DNA of 64,000 bases, from NCBI GenBank assembly GCA_013239625.1, contig MU054220.1:3101374-3165373 (forward strand), written 5' to 3'. Every line of letters begins with the position of its first letter. Positions within the stretch are counted from its first letter, which is position 1. A program made the translations under genes and the position numbers. Of the stretch, positions 38,135 to 49,890 are shown piece after piece. Source of the DNA: Lama guanicoe (Eukaryota). The notes below the pieces were generated by a model. The model did not search any database. It saw only the letters and a list, made by a program, of their open reading frames with translations, and was not told where the DNA came from.

Positions 38135-38585
38135 ATAGTGTAATAGTTACCAGAGTAGGGAGGGGTTGGGCAGAACTGGATGAGAATCCTCACACTGGGA
38201 CTGCCTGACTGTGTGACCTTGGCTAAATTACTTACCTTCTTTGGACTCAGCTTCTTCAACTGCAAAGCTGGATTAATGGAAGTCCCTATCTCATAGGGCT
38301 ATGGGATGATTAAGTGGGTGAATGCATCTAAAGTGCTTTGCAGGGTGCCTGGCATGTAGTTGGTGGGCAGGAAAGGTCAGCTATCATGGCAGTATAACAA
38401 TAATCTGACTCTAGGCCTACCACTGGCTGCTGTGTATTCTTGAACAAACTATGTAAGCCCTCTGAGCCTCAGTTTCCTTATCTGTAAAATGGGTCTAAAC
38501 ATACCCACCTCACAGATGTAAACATTGTAGGAATAGAATGCAAAGCTCCTGGTCTGTGTTAAGTGCTCAATAAATAATAATAGTG
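38135..38585 (+). mobile_element. Two tandem MIR SINEs
   Basis: ctgtgtgaccttggctaaattactta...ctatctcatagggct and ctctgagcctcagtttccttatctgtaaaatggg...aagtgctcaataaat. Confidence 0.85.
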
Positions 38586-39459
38586 GTGGTGGTGCTGCTG
38601 CTGAAGATAGATTTGAACAATATGGGGTTAAATCCCTCCCTTTGTAAGGCCTGGGTTAACCTCCTTCCTGCCCCCTGTTGCCCAGAAGCCTTGGACAACA
38701 GGAAAGAGGTACAGCAGGAAGCTATCCTACCCTACCTCTGTCCCCTAGCCTAGGTTCCTGCTGAGACACAAGACTGGGCCCCAGATTCTAATTTGCAGGT
38801 GTTGGGATGACAGAGAGGCAGGAATTACTTGGGGTGAGGTGTCCTCCTTCATCCTTGTCACCTGCCCTGGTCAGTGGCTCATACTGCCCTCTTTGCCTGG
38901 AACACTCTCCCACCAGTCTCATGGCTCACTCCTAATTATCTCTGATATCACCCTCTGGTGCCCATGTCCCCCTCCTGTGTACTCCCTCAGTAACCAAGGC
39001 ATCCTCCAGCATTACCAGTCACGTTGTATTAATGAACCCTTACCTTGGGCCCAGCACTAGTCTAGGTGTTTCACAAATCACCCCCTCCAGTCCTTTAAGG
39101 AAGGGACTGTGTCTGCCTCTGGTTTCCCAATCAGCCAATAGAAGGGTTTCAGGAATTACCTATTGAATAAAGGAATGAATAGATCTGGCATTTGGGGTGT
39201 TTGGTCAGTAGTGGAGCTATCACCCTGGCTCACTGACTCCTTCAGGCTAGGAAACCTTGCATGAGAGAGGAAAAGAGACTGTGTCCTTTGCCTCCAGGGG
39301 TGTGCTGAAATCCAAGTTTCCTCTAAAGGGTAAAGCTGTTTGATGCTCTCCTGTAATAAACCATCCCCAGCATCATGTAGATTTTAGTTTTCCCTTCCTT
39401 ACCAGGTGCTTCCCCATCTCACTTGAGGTTCCCCATGGCACCAGGAGATGGGAAAGTGG

Positions 39460-39780
39460 TATCATCCTAGTTTTATAGATGAGATACAGAGAGGTCAAGG
39501 ATCTGGCCTAGGGTGACACAGTTTATGGTGGCAGAGCTGGGAATCAGGACTCCTGACTCCTTGCTGAGGGTTCTTTCTCCTCCACTCCACTTTACAACCT
39601 CCTGGGCCACACAAACATGAAGTCCCAGAATGTCAGAGTTAGTTGAAATTTTATAGATTGTATTACACAGATGAGAAAACTGAGGCCCAGAAAGAAGGAG
39701 GTAGCTGCCCAATTTCCCATAACCCACAAGTGGTTAGCATGGGCTAGAACCCAGATACCTCGGTTTGAAGCCAGGTCCTG
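39460..39780 (-). mobile_element. Two tandem antisense MIR fragments
   Basis: ttttatagatgag...gtggcagagctgggaatc and acagatgagaaaactgaggcccagaaag...gggctagaacccag. Confidence 0.8.
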
Positions 39781-41389
39781 CAAGGGGTGGGTTCACAGTT
39801 AGCAATTAGCACTCTGGTGTGGCCAGTCAGGGATCAAGCACGAAAAGGTTCATTTTCATAGCCTGGAGGTTATTTTCACAGACAACTGTTATGATATATT
39901 CTTGGCCTAAACACTTTTCCAAAAAATCCCAGCCAGCTGAGCAGATGGGTATTTGTCATTGGCTATAACAAGAAGGCTGTGGGACTCACTCATCAGGCAT
40001 CCCACTTATAAACGGCTCAGAACACACGGACAGAGAAAAACAAATGTGCAGTTCTGGAGCAGAGCTCTTAAGTAAAGGAACAGGGAATCCAAGACACAGG
40101 CTGAACCAGACACCGTTTCAGCACTCGGGACAGTTCCACAGAGGGCAGCTACTTATCCACTGGAGCTTGGAATCTACAGAACTTAATAATCAGAAGCCTG
40201 GTCCCAGTAGTTTTTAAATGGAAAGTCACTGATTTTCTGTGGAAAAAAAAAAAGAATCCAAGTGTTCACAGAAGCATGATGTGACTTGATTTTGTATAAT
40301 TTTTGTGGCCATTGGGATTTTAGAAAATGAAAAGTTTTAAGATTAAGAAGGAGAAGCATAATAACACTTGAAGAGATGAGATGATTTTTGGAATATGCTT
40401 GAGCAATGATCATTCACCCCTCTTGTCCTCCACATCATAGTCAGTAGCGGAAGGAGGAGGGGAAGGTGGAAGGAGGCAGGATGAGAATCAAAGGGGAAAA
40501 ACAGCAGGTCTGCGGAGAAGGAGTGAGGAGCACATAGAGGGAGAGGAAGTTGAAAGATACAGAGAAAGTGAGATGAGAACATGGAACAAATGGATGGAAG
40601 GAGGTTCTATAGGCTCTGGAGTATTATTACAATTCTCATCTACCTTCTGACTTTTGCATTGACCCCAGGCTGCTTGGTAGGATTTCCTCTTAAATGTAAT
40701 GAGGAGATTAGCCACTCCCCAAAGTTCTTCAACTTCTTATTATGCTTAAAGCTTCAGAACCTCTACTCTGATTAGAACCATTGTAACACTCTATTACAGT
40801 GATGTTTTCCCCGGTGCTGCCAATAGCAAAGATTTCAATGATGGCAGATTTAGTCTGAATCCGTGATCCTTCATTTCTGATGATGAGAAGTTGACTCATG
40901 GAGGGCTGGTGTCTGGGGGCCACTGTTGAAGATGGCAGGAAGAGATGAATATTCCTTGTGGGCCACTCAGCATAGGGGCAAACAGACCAAATGTCTCAAT
41001 GGCCCTCGAGATCAGCATCAAGCTGTGCTGGTGCTCATCACAGTGATCCCAGTTCGCCAATCGTAGGGATTAAGTGGTGTTTGTTAGTCTCTGTTTAAGA
41101 AAGTGGGAAGGTATGAAATGTCCTCTAGAAACATTTCCATCAAAATAATTTAAATTAAAAAGCTTGTAGGTTTTTGATGTCTGGAGAATTCACTTGTATG
41201 TAATACTTCACTGCCCACTTAAGTTGGACAATGAGGTATGTACTTTTTAGCCCAAAAGACTCATGTTATTATAATGACTTATAATGAATTAATCTGAGCT
41301 GTAAAATATAATAATGATGTGTTATGAAAGAGAATTAATATTCTGAGTTTCTATCACATGCCAGGCACAGTGCCAGGGGCTTTACGTGC

Positions 41390-41810
41390 TGTGATAGATT
41401 GGATTATTGTTCAGCAAATATCCACGTCCCTCTCCCTTGAGGAAGTGCCTCTCCTTGGTTGGCAGGTTTGGTCACATGATTTGTTTTGGCCACTGGAAGG
41501 TGGTTGGAAGTGATGGTGGGCTAGTTCAAAGCCAAGCATTATGGGGCATTATGGGATCCACTTGTTCCCTTGCAGTGCAGTGGACCCACCAGGAAAAGAG
41601 CAGGGCACTTTAGACTGGGCCCTAGCACATAGAGTAGATCCAAACCAGCCCACAGCCTGAAGCAGGGCCGCCCAGCCAAACTCAATCTGACTCACCACCT
41701 TAGTGACTCGGCAGACCTGTGAGTTCAAGAATAAATAATGACTCTTGTCAGTGACTGAATTTTGGCATTGTTTATTTTTCAGCATTGTTCTGTGAGAATT
41801 GACTAATACA
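41390..41810 (+). mobile_element. MaLR solo LTR (MLT1H-like) inserted in an antisense MIR
   Basis: tgtgatagattggattattg...cctgaagcagggccgcccagcc...gactaataca; flanks acgtgc/acatgc; MIR halves at about 41330-41389 and 41811-41940. Confidence 0.8.
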
Positions 41811-42779
41811 ACATGCATTGTCTTAGTCTTTGCAACAACTCTTTGAAGTATTTACCACAATTTTTCCCATTTTACAGAAAACTGAGGCCAAAAGGGAGAA
41901 AATGCCTAACTTGAGACCACAGAGTGAGTTAACTAGTTATGGACCCACACTTACCTCATTTTTCTTGATAAGTTAAGGAGAGAGCTGCCAGGCCCTCCTC
42001 CACTAGCCCCCACTTGCCTCTCCCACTCTCCAGTTCTTCTGCTGGCTCAGAGCTCCAGGGTGGGGGTGGGGTGCTGGGGAAGCTGCTGGAAGAACAGCTG
42101 AAGCTCCTCTCAAAGAGCCAGCGGGGTTCCTCCACCCCATAGCTCCTGGAAAAGGTCACATTTGGCGATTCAGCCTACAGAACAATGACATTTCAAGGAT
42201 CAAAGAAAAGGTTAAAATATTCCTATAAATCTATTCTTGAGACTTTTAAGTATTTCCAATGTAAAGGGAAAATGTCATTTCTTCTTCCCCCAAGAGTGGT
42301 GGCGGGTGGGTTGCTGGTAATGGGTCTGCTCTCCTTTTCCTGGCTTGGATGAGCAGGGAGGAAGGATGGATTCACTTCACGTCCCTTCATATGCAAACAA
42401 AAGTGCAGTTAACCCCAAAATGAATTTATTTATGGAAACTAAATCCCAAATGGCCCCCAGAGAAGCTTCTCCAAATGGGGAGATGGACAGTGCCAGATTC
42501 CAGCACTCTCTTCCTCTCTGTCCAGAGCAGTTCATGGATCATTGCTGCAGAAGAGACCTCCAGGCTCTCAGGGTGGGATGGGGGTGAGGCCAGGCAGAGC
42601 CGGTGGTGGGGGGAGTCAGATGACCTGGCAGATCACTCCCCCGAGCTTCTGATCCTTATGTCCAGCTGCCTTGTGCATCCACATGGATGGATCTCAGGCA
42701 CCTCAAGCCCAGCAGAGCCCAGATGGACTCACTACCTTCTCCCCCTGGATTGCATGTCTTGGTGTGTGGCCCCACTCTC

Positions 42780-43165
42780 TTTCACCCATTCATTCAGCAA
42801 ATGTGTACACAGTGCCCTCTGAGTGCCAGGCGCTGTAACAGGCACCATATAACGTAACAAGGGGCAAGGACTCCTGCCTTCTAGCAGTTTGTAGACTATC
42901 AGGGGGATGAACTAAGAAAGGGACAAAGACCCCACCTGGGTGAAGGACTAACACATTTGTGAATGTGTGCTGATCAAACCCAGAGAAGGGAGTAAGTAAC
43001 TCTGCAAGGGAGTCAGGGAAGGCTTCCCAGAGGAGACATTATTGGACTGGTCCAATAATGGACCAGTCCAAAAGGGACATTCAGACCTGGAGTCTTTGTA
43101 TACAAAGACATGAATCTTAGCTATGGCTTGTTGGAGACGTGGGAAACACTGAGTACTGCAGGGGA
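42780..43165 (-). mobile_element. L2 LINE fragment
   Basis: cattcattcagcaaatgtg...gtgccaggcgctg...agtcagggaaggcttcccagaggag. Confidence 0.75.
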
Positions 43166-43933
43166 GCCACGGGACTTTTAAGTACTTCCAAAGTAAAGGG
43201 AAAATGTCAGTCTTCCCAAAGGCTTCTAAAGCTGATTTCCTTCAGGGGACTGGGCTGCACCCCACACAGTCTGTGAGAAGACACTGTTTTTCAGAGCCCT
43301 CAAGCCATCGTTCGCCTCCCACATCCCATCAGTCTCTGAGCCCTGATCTCATCTGCCTGCTGAACATCTCCCCTTGCTGTTCCTCTCTCTCCCTGCCCAC
43401 AGCCACCCCCGGTCCCGGGCCCCCGCCTCTCCATGGGATTGTGCACAGCCTCTGAGTGCTGACAGCCTCTGTGGGCAGTCTCCCTCCCAACCCTCTGGGT
43501 TGCAGCCAGAACCAGCCGTCGAAAGAGTCAGTCTTGGCATTTGACTCCCTCACTGAGGTCCCTTTGATGGCTCCCTGCTGCCTGTGGGATAAGTTTCTGT
43601 TCCTGAGCATCTGAAGCCCTTTGAGGCCAGAATCCCCATCTCTCCAGCCTCACTGGGCCCCTGTGTATCATACACCTTTCCAGGCCCTAAACCACTGGCA
43701 GCAGGAACTCATCAAGCCCCTTCCGGCCTTTGCATATGCTGTCTCCTCCTCCTGGAATTCTCTTCCCTGTGCTTATTTGCCTATCAAACTCCCATTGGGC
43801 TTTCAAGACCCAGATGAACAAATAATATGTGAGTAATGAAAACAATAAGGACTTCCACTGACTGACCATCCCCTCCAGTCCCTCTGTATCTCATTACACT
43901 ACTTTATTTTCATAATATCCAAAATAGTATTTT

Positions 43934-44293
43934 CATTATACTTTACTACAAGATATTGAATATAGTTTCCTGTGCTCTACAGTAGAAACTTGTTTATCTA
44001 TTTTATATATAGTAGTTAGTGTCTGCAAATCTTGAACTCCCAGTTTATCCCTCCCACCCCCTTTCCCCTTTGGTAGCCGTAAATTTGTTTTCTATGTCTA
44101 TGAAGCTGTTTCTGTTTTGTAAATAAGTTCATTTGTGTCTTTTTTTTTAAAGATTCCACATATAAGTGATATCATATGGTATTTTTCTTTCTCGTTTTGG
44201 CTTATTTCACTTAGAATGATGATCTCCAGGTTCATCCATGTTGTTGCAAATGGCACTATTTTTATGGCTGAGTAGTATTCCATTGTGTGTGTA

Positions 44294-44324
<31 letters not shown>

Positions 44325-44615
44325 TTGTATACCGTAACTTCTTTATCCAGTCATCTGTCGATGGACATTCAGGTTGCTTCCATGTCTTGGCTATTGTAAA
44401 TAGTGATGCTATGAACATTGGAGAGCTTGTATGTTTTAGATATAGAATTCCCTCTGGAATAGCCCAGGACTGGGATTGATGGATCATATGGTAAATCTAC
44501 TTTAAGATTTTTAAGGGATCTCCATACTGTTTTCCATAATGGCTGTACCAAACGACATTCCCGCCAGCAGTGTAGGAGGGTCCCCTGTTCTCCACATCCT
44601 CTCTAGCTTTTATTG
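43934..44615 (-). mobile_element. Young camelid-type L1, truncated at both ends, 14-bp TSD, inserted in an L2 (about 43530-44780)
   Basis: L1 3'UTR/ORF2 end antisense; TSD caaaatagtatttt at 43920-43933 and 44616-44629; internal (GT)n near 44285-44325. Confidence 0.92.
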
Positions 44616-46349
44616 CAAAATAGTATTTTTTATTTATGGCTTTGTCTGTCTGTTGTTCATCTCTCCCATCAGAGTGAAGGCTCCGTGAGGGAAGGACATG
44701 GATTTCCTGTGTCCTCAGTATCTAGAGCCATGGCCGGCCCTGAGTAGGAGATCAAAGAGTTTGTGGGATAAATTAAGAAATGACCCCTTATAACAACCCT
44801 CGGAAGTGTTGAGTATTCTTATCCCCATACTACTATTGGGGAAACTAGGTCTTTGGCAACAAGGGATTTGGTAGCTACCTCAGTGCTTCATTTCCAGGGA
44901 GCCACTCAAGGGTGAGGCCACATCAAATTCTGATCCGGAGCCCCTGGATCCCTAGGGGGGTTCTGGAAGTGGGTGGTGGATGGTTCCTATCAGTGGTGGG
45001 GGGCTCAGTGGTGAGAAAAAGGGGTGGCCGGGGCAGCTTTGGAGGAGGCAACTCAGCCAGTTGAAGCTTGGCTTCTCAGAGCCTGTTTTCTAGGTTGGGA
45101 ATTAAATGCACACAAGGTTCCCACTCATTCCTAATTGGCACCAAATTATGTGGAGTAGGCTGGCTGCGCTGCCCGGCTTCGCTCAGCGGGGGCCGAAGCA
45201 GCAGCTGGTACCAATAAGAGTGTTTATGTTGAGGTAGTGGGAAGACAGCCTTATCAAAGCAGCATGGGGTTGTTGTGGGAGCACTGGGCTGAGAGCCCTT
45301 AGTCCTTAATCTGGGGCAGTGGCAGGAACTCAGGGTTTAGGGTTAGGGATAGCTCAGCTGTGTGGCTGTTGATCTTTCTGGGCCTCAGTTGCCTCATCTC
45401 TAAAATGGGGATGGTCATCAAACCTACCTGCTGGCATTGTTGGGAGGTGAAGACTGCTGCGTTTCTGTGGGCACCACACCTGTACCCTCTGCTGCCTCTC
45501 GGGAGAGGGGATGAGGATGGTTAGAGGAGCCCTTGTGACCTGGAGGGGAAGGTGGGCTGAGTCACTGGCCTTCCTGGGTTTATCTCATCTGCCCTTGGAC
45601 TCCAAGCTTGAGAACACCTTCTTTGCCAAGACCTTTGAGTCCTGAGGCCTTTAGCAAGAGGGAGAGTATGAGGTTGGGGTGAACAGATCCCTCTTCCCAG
45701 TTGACCACTTGGCCAGTCCTAGGAGGAAGCGTGGCGCCAGGTGAGGAGGACAGCTGCTGGCGGAGTCACAGACCCCAGCATGCATCCTCCAACCACGTGT
45801 GGTCGTGGCTCACGCACCGCTTGGTGTCTCAGATTCTCTGAGTGTGAAGTGAAGGGACTGGACTAGACGATCTCTGTGGGCTCATTCAGCTCTGACTGAA
45901 GCTTATTCTTTGTTTCCTTCCATATTAAACTTCCAATTCCTGCAAGTAGGTCTCTGGGAGGGACAGAGAGTGGACAAAGGGATTCTCATGGAGATGTGTT
46001 TGACGGATAGCTTCTTTCAGGGGCGTTTGTTTTGTTTTATTTAAGAAATGGGAATTCTTAACCCAAGGGCTAATGATGGGACTTTTGGAAATGGGCAAAG
46101 TGAAGAATTTCAGGCCTCAGGAGACAGAGGGACATGGAGAGAGGGGAAGCAAAGCCATGCAGGCAGGACATTGACGTGAGGACCCTGACGGAAGGTGCTG
46201 GAGATGAATATGGTCTCTGCAGAAGGTGCTGGGAGGTGCACAGAGTATCACTGTCCAGGCAAAAAGCTGTGATCTAAGCCCAGGAGAGTGGGGCTGGGGT
46301 CTGGGAGCGATGCGCTCCCATTAGTCTGGCGGCTGCTTAACTATTAAAG

Positions 46350-46580
46350 GGGCAGAGCCCAGCTGAGTCTTACATCCATGGGTTCTTCTAGCTCTGCCAC
46401 TGTCTTTATGACTTTGGATAAGTTACTTAACGTCTCTGAACCTCAGTGTCTTTGGTATGATGGGGATAACCAAGCCCCCTCACAGGGCTGCCATGTGGAG
46501 TCAATGACATAACCAGCGTGAAATGTCTGACTTCAGCCCTAAGCGTTGTGAGCGCCAGTAAGTGGTGGCAGTTACTGTCC
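46350..46580 (+). mobile_element. MIR SINE
   Basis: agctctgccact...gactttggataagttacttaacgtctctgaacctcagt...ctcacagggctg. Confidence 0.8.
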
Positions 46581-46779
46581 ACATAATTCTACTAAGGGAG
46601 GCACAACTTCATCTTGGGGGCTCTTTCTGGGGACTTTGCAGAGACAGCAGCTACAGCCCTTGTTTCTTAAAGACCCCCAGGGCCTGGCGTCCTTGAGCAG
46701 GGAGATGCCTTAGGAGTTGGAGCCCCGCAGGCTCCAGTGTTGGGCAGGCACCCGCGCCTGCCTGCTAGGATGTTACAGC

Positions 46780-46934
46780 ACTGCACGGGGCATGAGAGCG
46801 CGGGCTCTGCAGCCAGCCTGCTGGGTTCCAATCCTGTCACTTACCTGCTGTGTGACCTTAGGCCAGTCACCACACCTCTCTGAGTCACAGGTGTTTCGTG
46901 TTTAAGAGGGGGCTGATGATAACAATAATTACTG
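46780..46934 (+). mobile_element. MIR SINE 5' part; remainder near 47155-47210 and 47515-47570
   Basis: gggctctgcagccagcctgctgggttccaatcctgtcacttacctgctgtgtgaccttagg. Confidence 0.8.
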
Positions 46935-47152
46935 CAGGGATCTGTTAGAAGGGACAGATGCTCTTGGGAGGCTGCTCATGTCCGCCTGTCTATCAGTCCA
47001 TCTATCTGTCCTTCCCCCACCCACTGAAGGGATACAGAAATGAATACAACATGGAACCCACCTGCCCTCAAGAAACTCAGCATTTAAGAAAGGGGAGCAG
47101 ATGTGAACCCACATGACTGTGATTCGGGGTGGTAAGCCATCTGTGCCATAAG
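46935..47152 (+). repeat. Local dispersed duplication, copy A (partner 48695-48897)
   Basis: About 83% identity by manual alignment over the first 186 bp; 43-bp identical core 47034-47076 = 48794-48836. Confidence 0.95.
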
Positions 47153-47210
47153 CCCCCCTATGGAATATTAGCAAAGACGAAATAAAGGAATGTACATAAA
47201 GCATCCAAGG

Positions 47211-47511
47211 CAACTGCTTGGTACATGTGGCTACTGAGTCCTTGAACTGAGACTAATCTAAGCTGAGATGTGCTGTGAGAGAATAACCACTAGGTTTAGA
47301 ACGCTTAGTGCCAAAAACCCAGCGACGTATCGCTCTAAAATGTTTTTACATTGATTACATGTTGAAATGATAATATTTTGGATATATTGGGTTACATCAA
47401 ACATATTACTAAAATTAATTCACCTGTTTCTTTTCACTTTCTTTAATGTGGCTACTAGAAAATTCAAAGTTACCAGTATGGATTGCATTCTATTTTTCTT
47501 GCTCAGTGCTG
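47211..47511 (-). mobile_element. MER33 (hAT-Charlie)
   Basis: ttgattacatgttgaaatgataatattttggatatattgggtta...aaaattaattcacctgtttcttt...aatgtggctactagaaaatt. Confidence 0.9.
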
Positions 47512-47619
47512 ATCTAGAGCAATGCTAGGCATTTTGTAGGTGCGAAGTCCACGTTTGCTCTTTTTATTTTAATTGCTGGGTTCAAGTGCTGGGCTTACAA
47601 CCTCCTGTTTGATCTTGTG

Positions 47620-47755
47620 AAGGTTATTCAACTCTAAATCTCAGTTTTCCTCCCTGTAAAATGGGACCAATGGGTTTAAATGAAATTGTGCCTGGAAAGT
47701 GCTTGCCCAAGTGCCTAACATATGGGAAGCACTCTGTCAATATTAGCTGTTCTAT
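47620..47755 (+). mobile_element. MIR SINE
   Basis: tctcagttttcctccctgtaaaatggg...gtgcctaacatatgggaagcactc. Confidence 0.75.
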
Positions 47756-48694
47756 TTTTGGCCTGTGGGACCAGAGGTGAGGATTCCCACCCTCCGAGAT
47801 GGGAGAGGGGCTCATCTGGTACCCTCCAGGCAGTGCAGGAGGGGCCAAGCCAATGGAGTTCCCTACGAGTGAGACCTGAGTTCTGAGTAAACTCCGCCTT
47901 GAGCTGGAGGTTGAGCTGTTGGCCGGTTATATTAAGGGAAGGGTCAATAACACATTAATGGGATCAGTGGCCCCATTAATCTTCCTCTAATGAACAGCCA
48001 TTCAAGCCAAACTGTCTTCCTTAGATCCTGGAAGACATTCTGTATTGGCAGGAAACTCACTGGGTAAAAAGAACCTCGAATCCTATAAAAGTGATTTAGA
48101 GGCTTTGCTTGGGAAAGGCGTTCTGGGGACTGGACGCAGGGCAGGAGAAATGAAACAGCAAAGTCACAGCAGACCTCTCCCTCGGGGCTCCAGGTGGAAA
48201 ACCCAGAGCTGGCGGGGAGAGGGGAGGGAAGGGGGGGGGACTTTGGTGAAGGTCAGGGGTGAGGGGACAGTTTAGCTCTCCATGTCTGTCTGGACACTCT
48301 TACCTCTGAATAAACAAATTGTTGGTGATGCAAGAATTTGGACAGCCTGGAGGACCCAGGGGGACAGTAACGGGCAGTTGAGAGAGCTGAGATGGGCACC
48401 AGAAGTCCCGGGTCTGGTGGGCTCACCGGCAGGGCCGAGCTGTGTGACTGCAGGGGTCTTGTACACGGTGTCAGGGCAGAGGGGCCTTACTGGGAGGTGA
48501 AGTGGCAGTGGGGCCTGGGGAAGGATGGCCCCAGGGTCCCTGGGAAATGGGCGGAGGCCGAGGAAGACCCCATCTGGGTCATTTGACTTTGATCTTCTCT
48601 TTCTCCTCTGTCCCAGTATCTCACCCTTGGCCCACAGATGCCACAGGCCAACATCAGCACTCTCCTCCTTGGGGGTCAGTCTTCTTCTGGGCAC

Positions 48695-48897
48695 CAGGGG
48701 TTTGTTTGAAAAGACAGATGCCCCCAGAAGGCTGGTCATTTCTGCTTGCCTGTCAGTCCACCTACCGGTCCCTCCCCCACCCATTGAAGGGAAACAGAAA
48801 TGAATACAACATGGAACCCACCTGCCCTCAAGAAACATAGCATCTAGTAGGGAGAGCAAATGTGAACCCACGTGACTGTAAGTCACTGTGCCAGAAG
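48695..48897 (+). repeat. Local dispersed duplication, copy B (partner 46935-47152), running into an antisense L2 remnant to about 49290
   Basis: Aligns with copy A; L2-like continuation ggcttcctggaggaggtgg...ggcattccaggtgagggaacagc. Confidence 0.9.
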
Positions 48898-49674
48898 GTT
48901 CACATGGAGCACTGTGGGGTTTCAGAGGACGAGGACTGCTTCCATCTGTTGGGTGAGCCTGGGCTTCCTGGAGGAGGTGGCTTTGCAATCAAGCCTCAAA
49001 AGAGAACTTAGAGATCAGCAAGTCCAATTCTCCCTTTTTACAGATGAGGAGAGATCCAGAGAGAACACAGAAGTCGGTGTGGCTATGCCAGCCAGGATGT
49101 GTAAGATTTGGAAATGCTTGGACAGGGAAGGCATTCCAGGTGAGGGAACAGCTTTAGCAAAGTCCTGGAAAAGGAAACTGGAGCCTGTAGAAAAGGCACC
49201 GGGCAGTTCAGTGTGACCAGAGGCTGTGGCAGGGACAATGAGGCAGTTTGTAAGGACTTTGCTTTGACCCAGTCACCAGAGCCTCTGGGTGGAGTGGTGG
49301 TAGAGGTCCCAGAGGCTTATGGAGAACTCTGGCCGTGCTCTGCCTGCCTCTTCCTCCTCTCAATAACCCCACAGACCCAGGCAGACTCCCTGGAGGTGGC
49401 CTACCCACCTGCAATGCCCAGCTCAGAATGGAGGGTACCTAATCTGCTTCAGGTCCCTGAGGCCTCCCTGTGCTGGTCTGTGGCTCTGGGAACAGCAGGG
49501 TGACCACCTGAGGGGACCTTCTTGTAGCTGAGTCACTCCATGTCCCTGAGCCTCAGTTTCCTCCTGGTGAAGCAGGACCCCCAGTCTGCCTCCCAGGGTT
49601 CTCTTGGGCTCCAGGAAGCATCAGGTACAGAGTTATCTCCATGGCGGTGGTGGTGGGGCAGGTTGGATGCTTGT

Positions 49675-49890
49675 GTAATTATAATAGCTTACACTTACAG
49701 AGCATGTCCTGAGTGCTTAGCACCGTCCTCAGTACTTCCCATGATCCCCTCACTGAGGCTTCAAACCCCTCTGTGAGGTCACCGTCATTGGTAGCTCTGT
49801 TTTGTAGGTGGTGAATGCTGAGGCCCAGAGAAGTGAAGTGACCCATCCCATTTCACACAGCCGGGCCAGGCACAGGCAGCCTGAGTCTGC
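49675..49890 (-). mobile_element. MIR SINE
   Basis: ataatagcttacacttacagagca...ctgaggcccagagaagtgaagtgac. Confidence 0.75.

Noticed and set aside
44098..44551. ORFs with protein-like text ([25 protein letters not shown])
   Set aside because: These are the C-terminal L1 ORF2 remnant of a truncated L1, not a host gene
45230..45240. let-7-like start tgaggtagt
   Set aside because: Only the first 9 nt match; the rest diverges and I see no complementary hairpin arm
46929..48988. Paired ORFs sharing FLEGRWVPCCIHFC as paralogous exons
   Set aside because: Translation of the local duplication of partly L2-derived DNA; an indel breaks the shared frame
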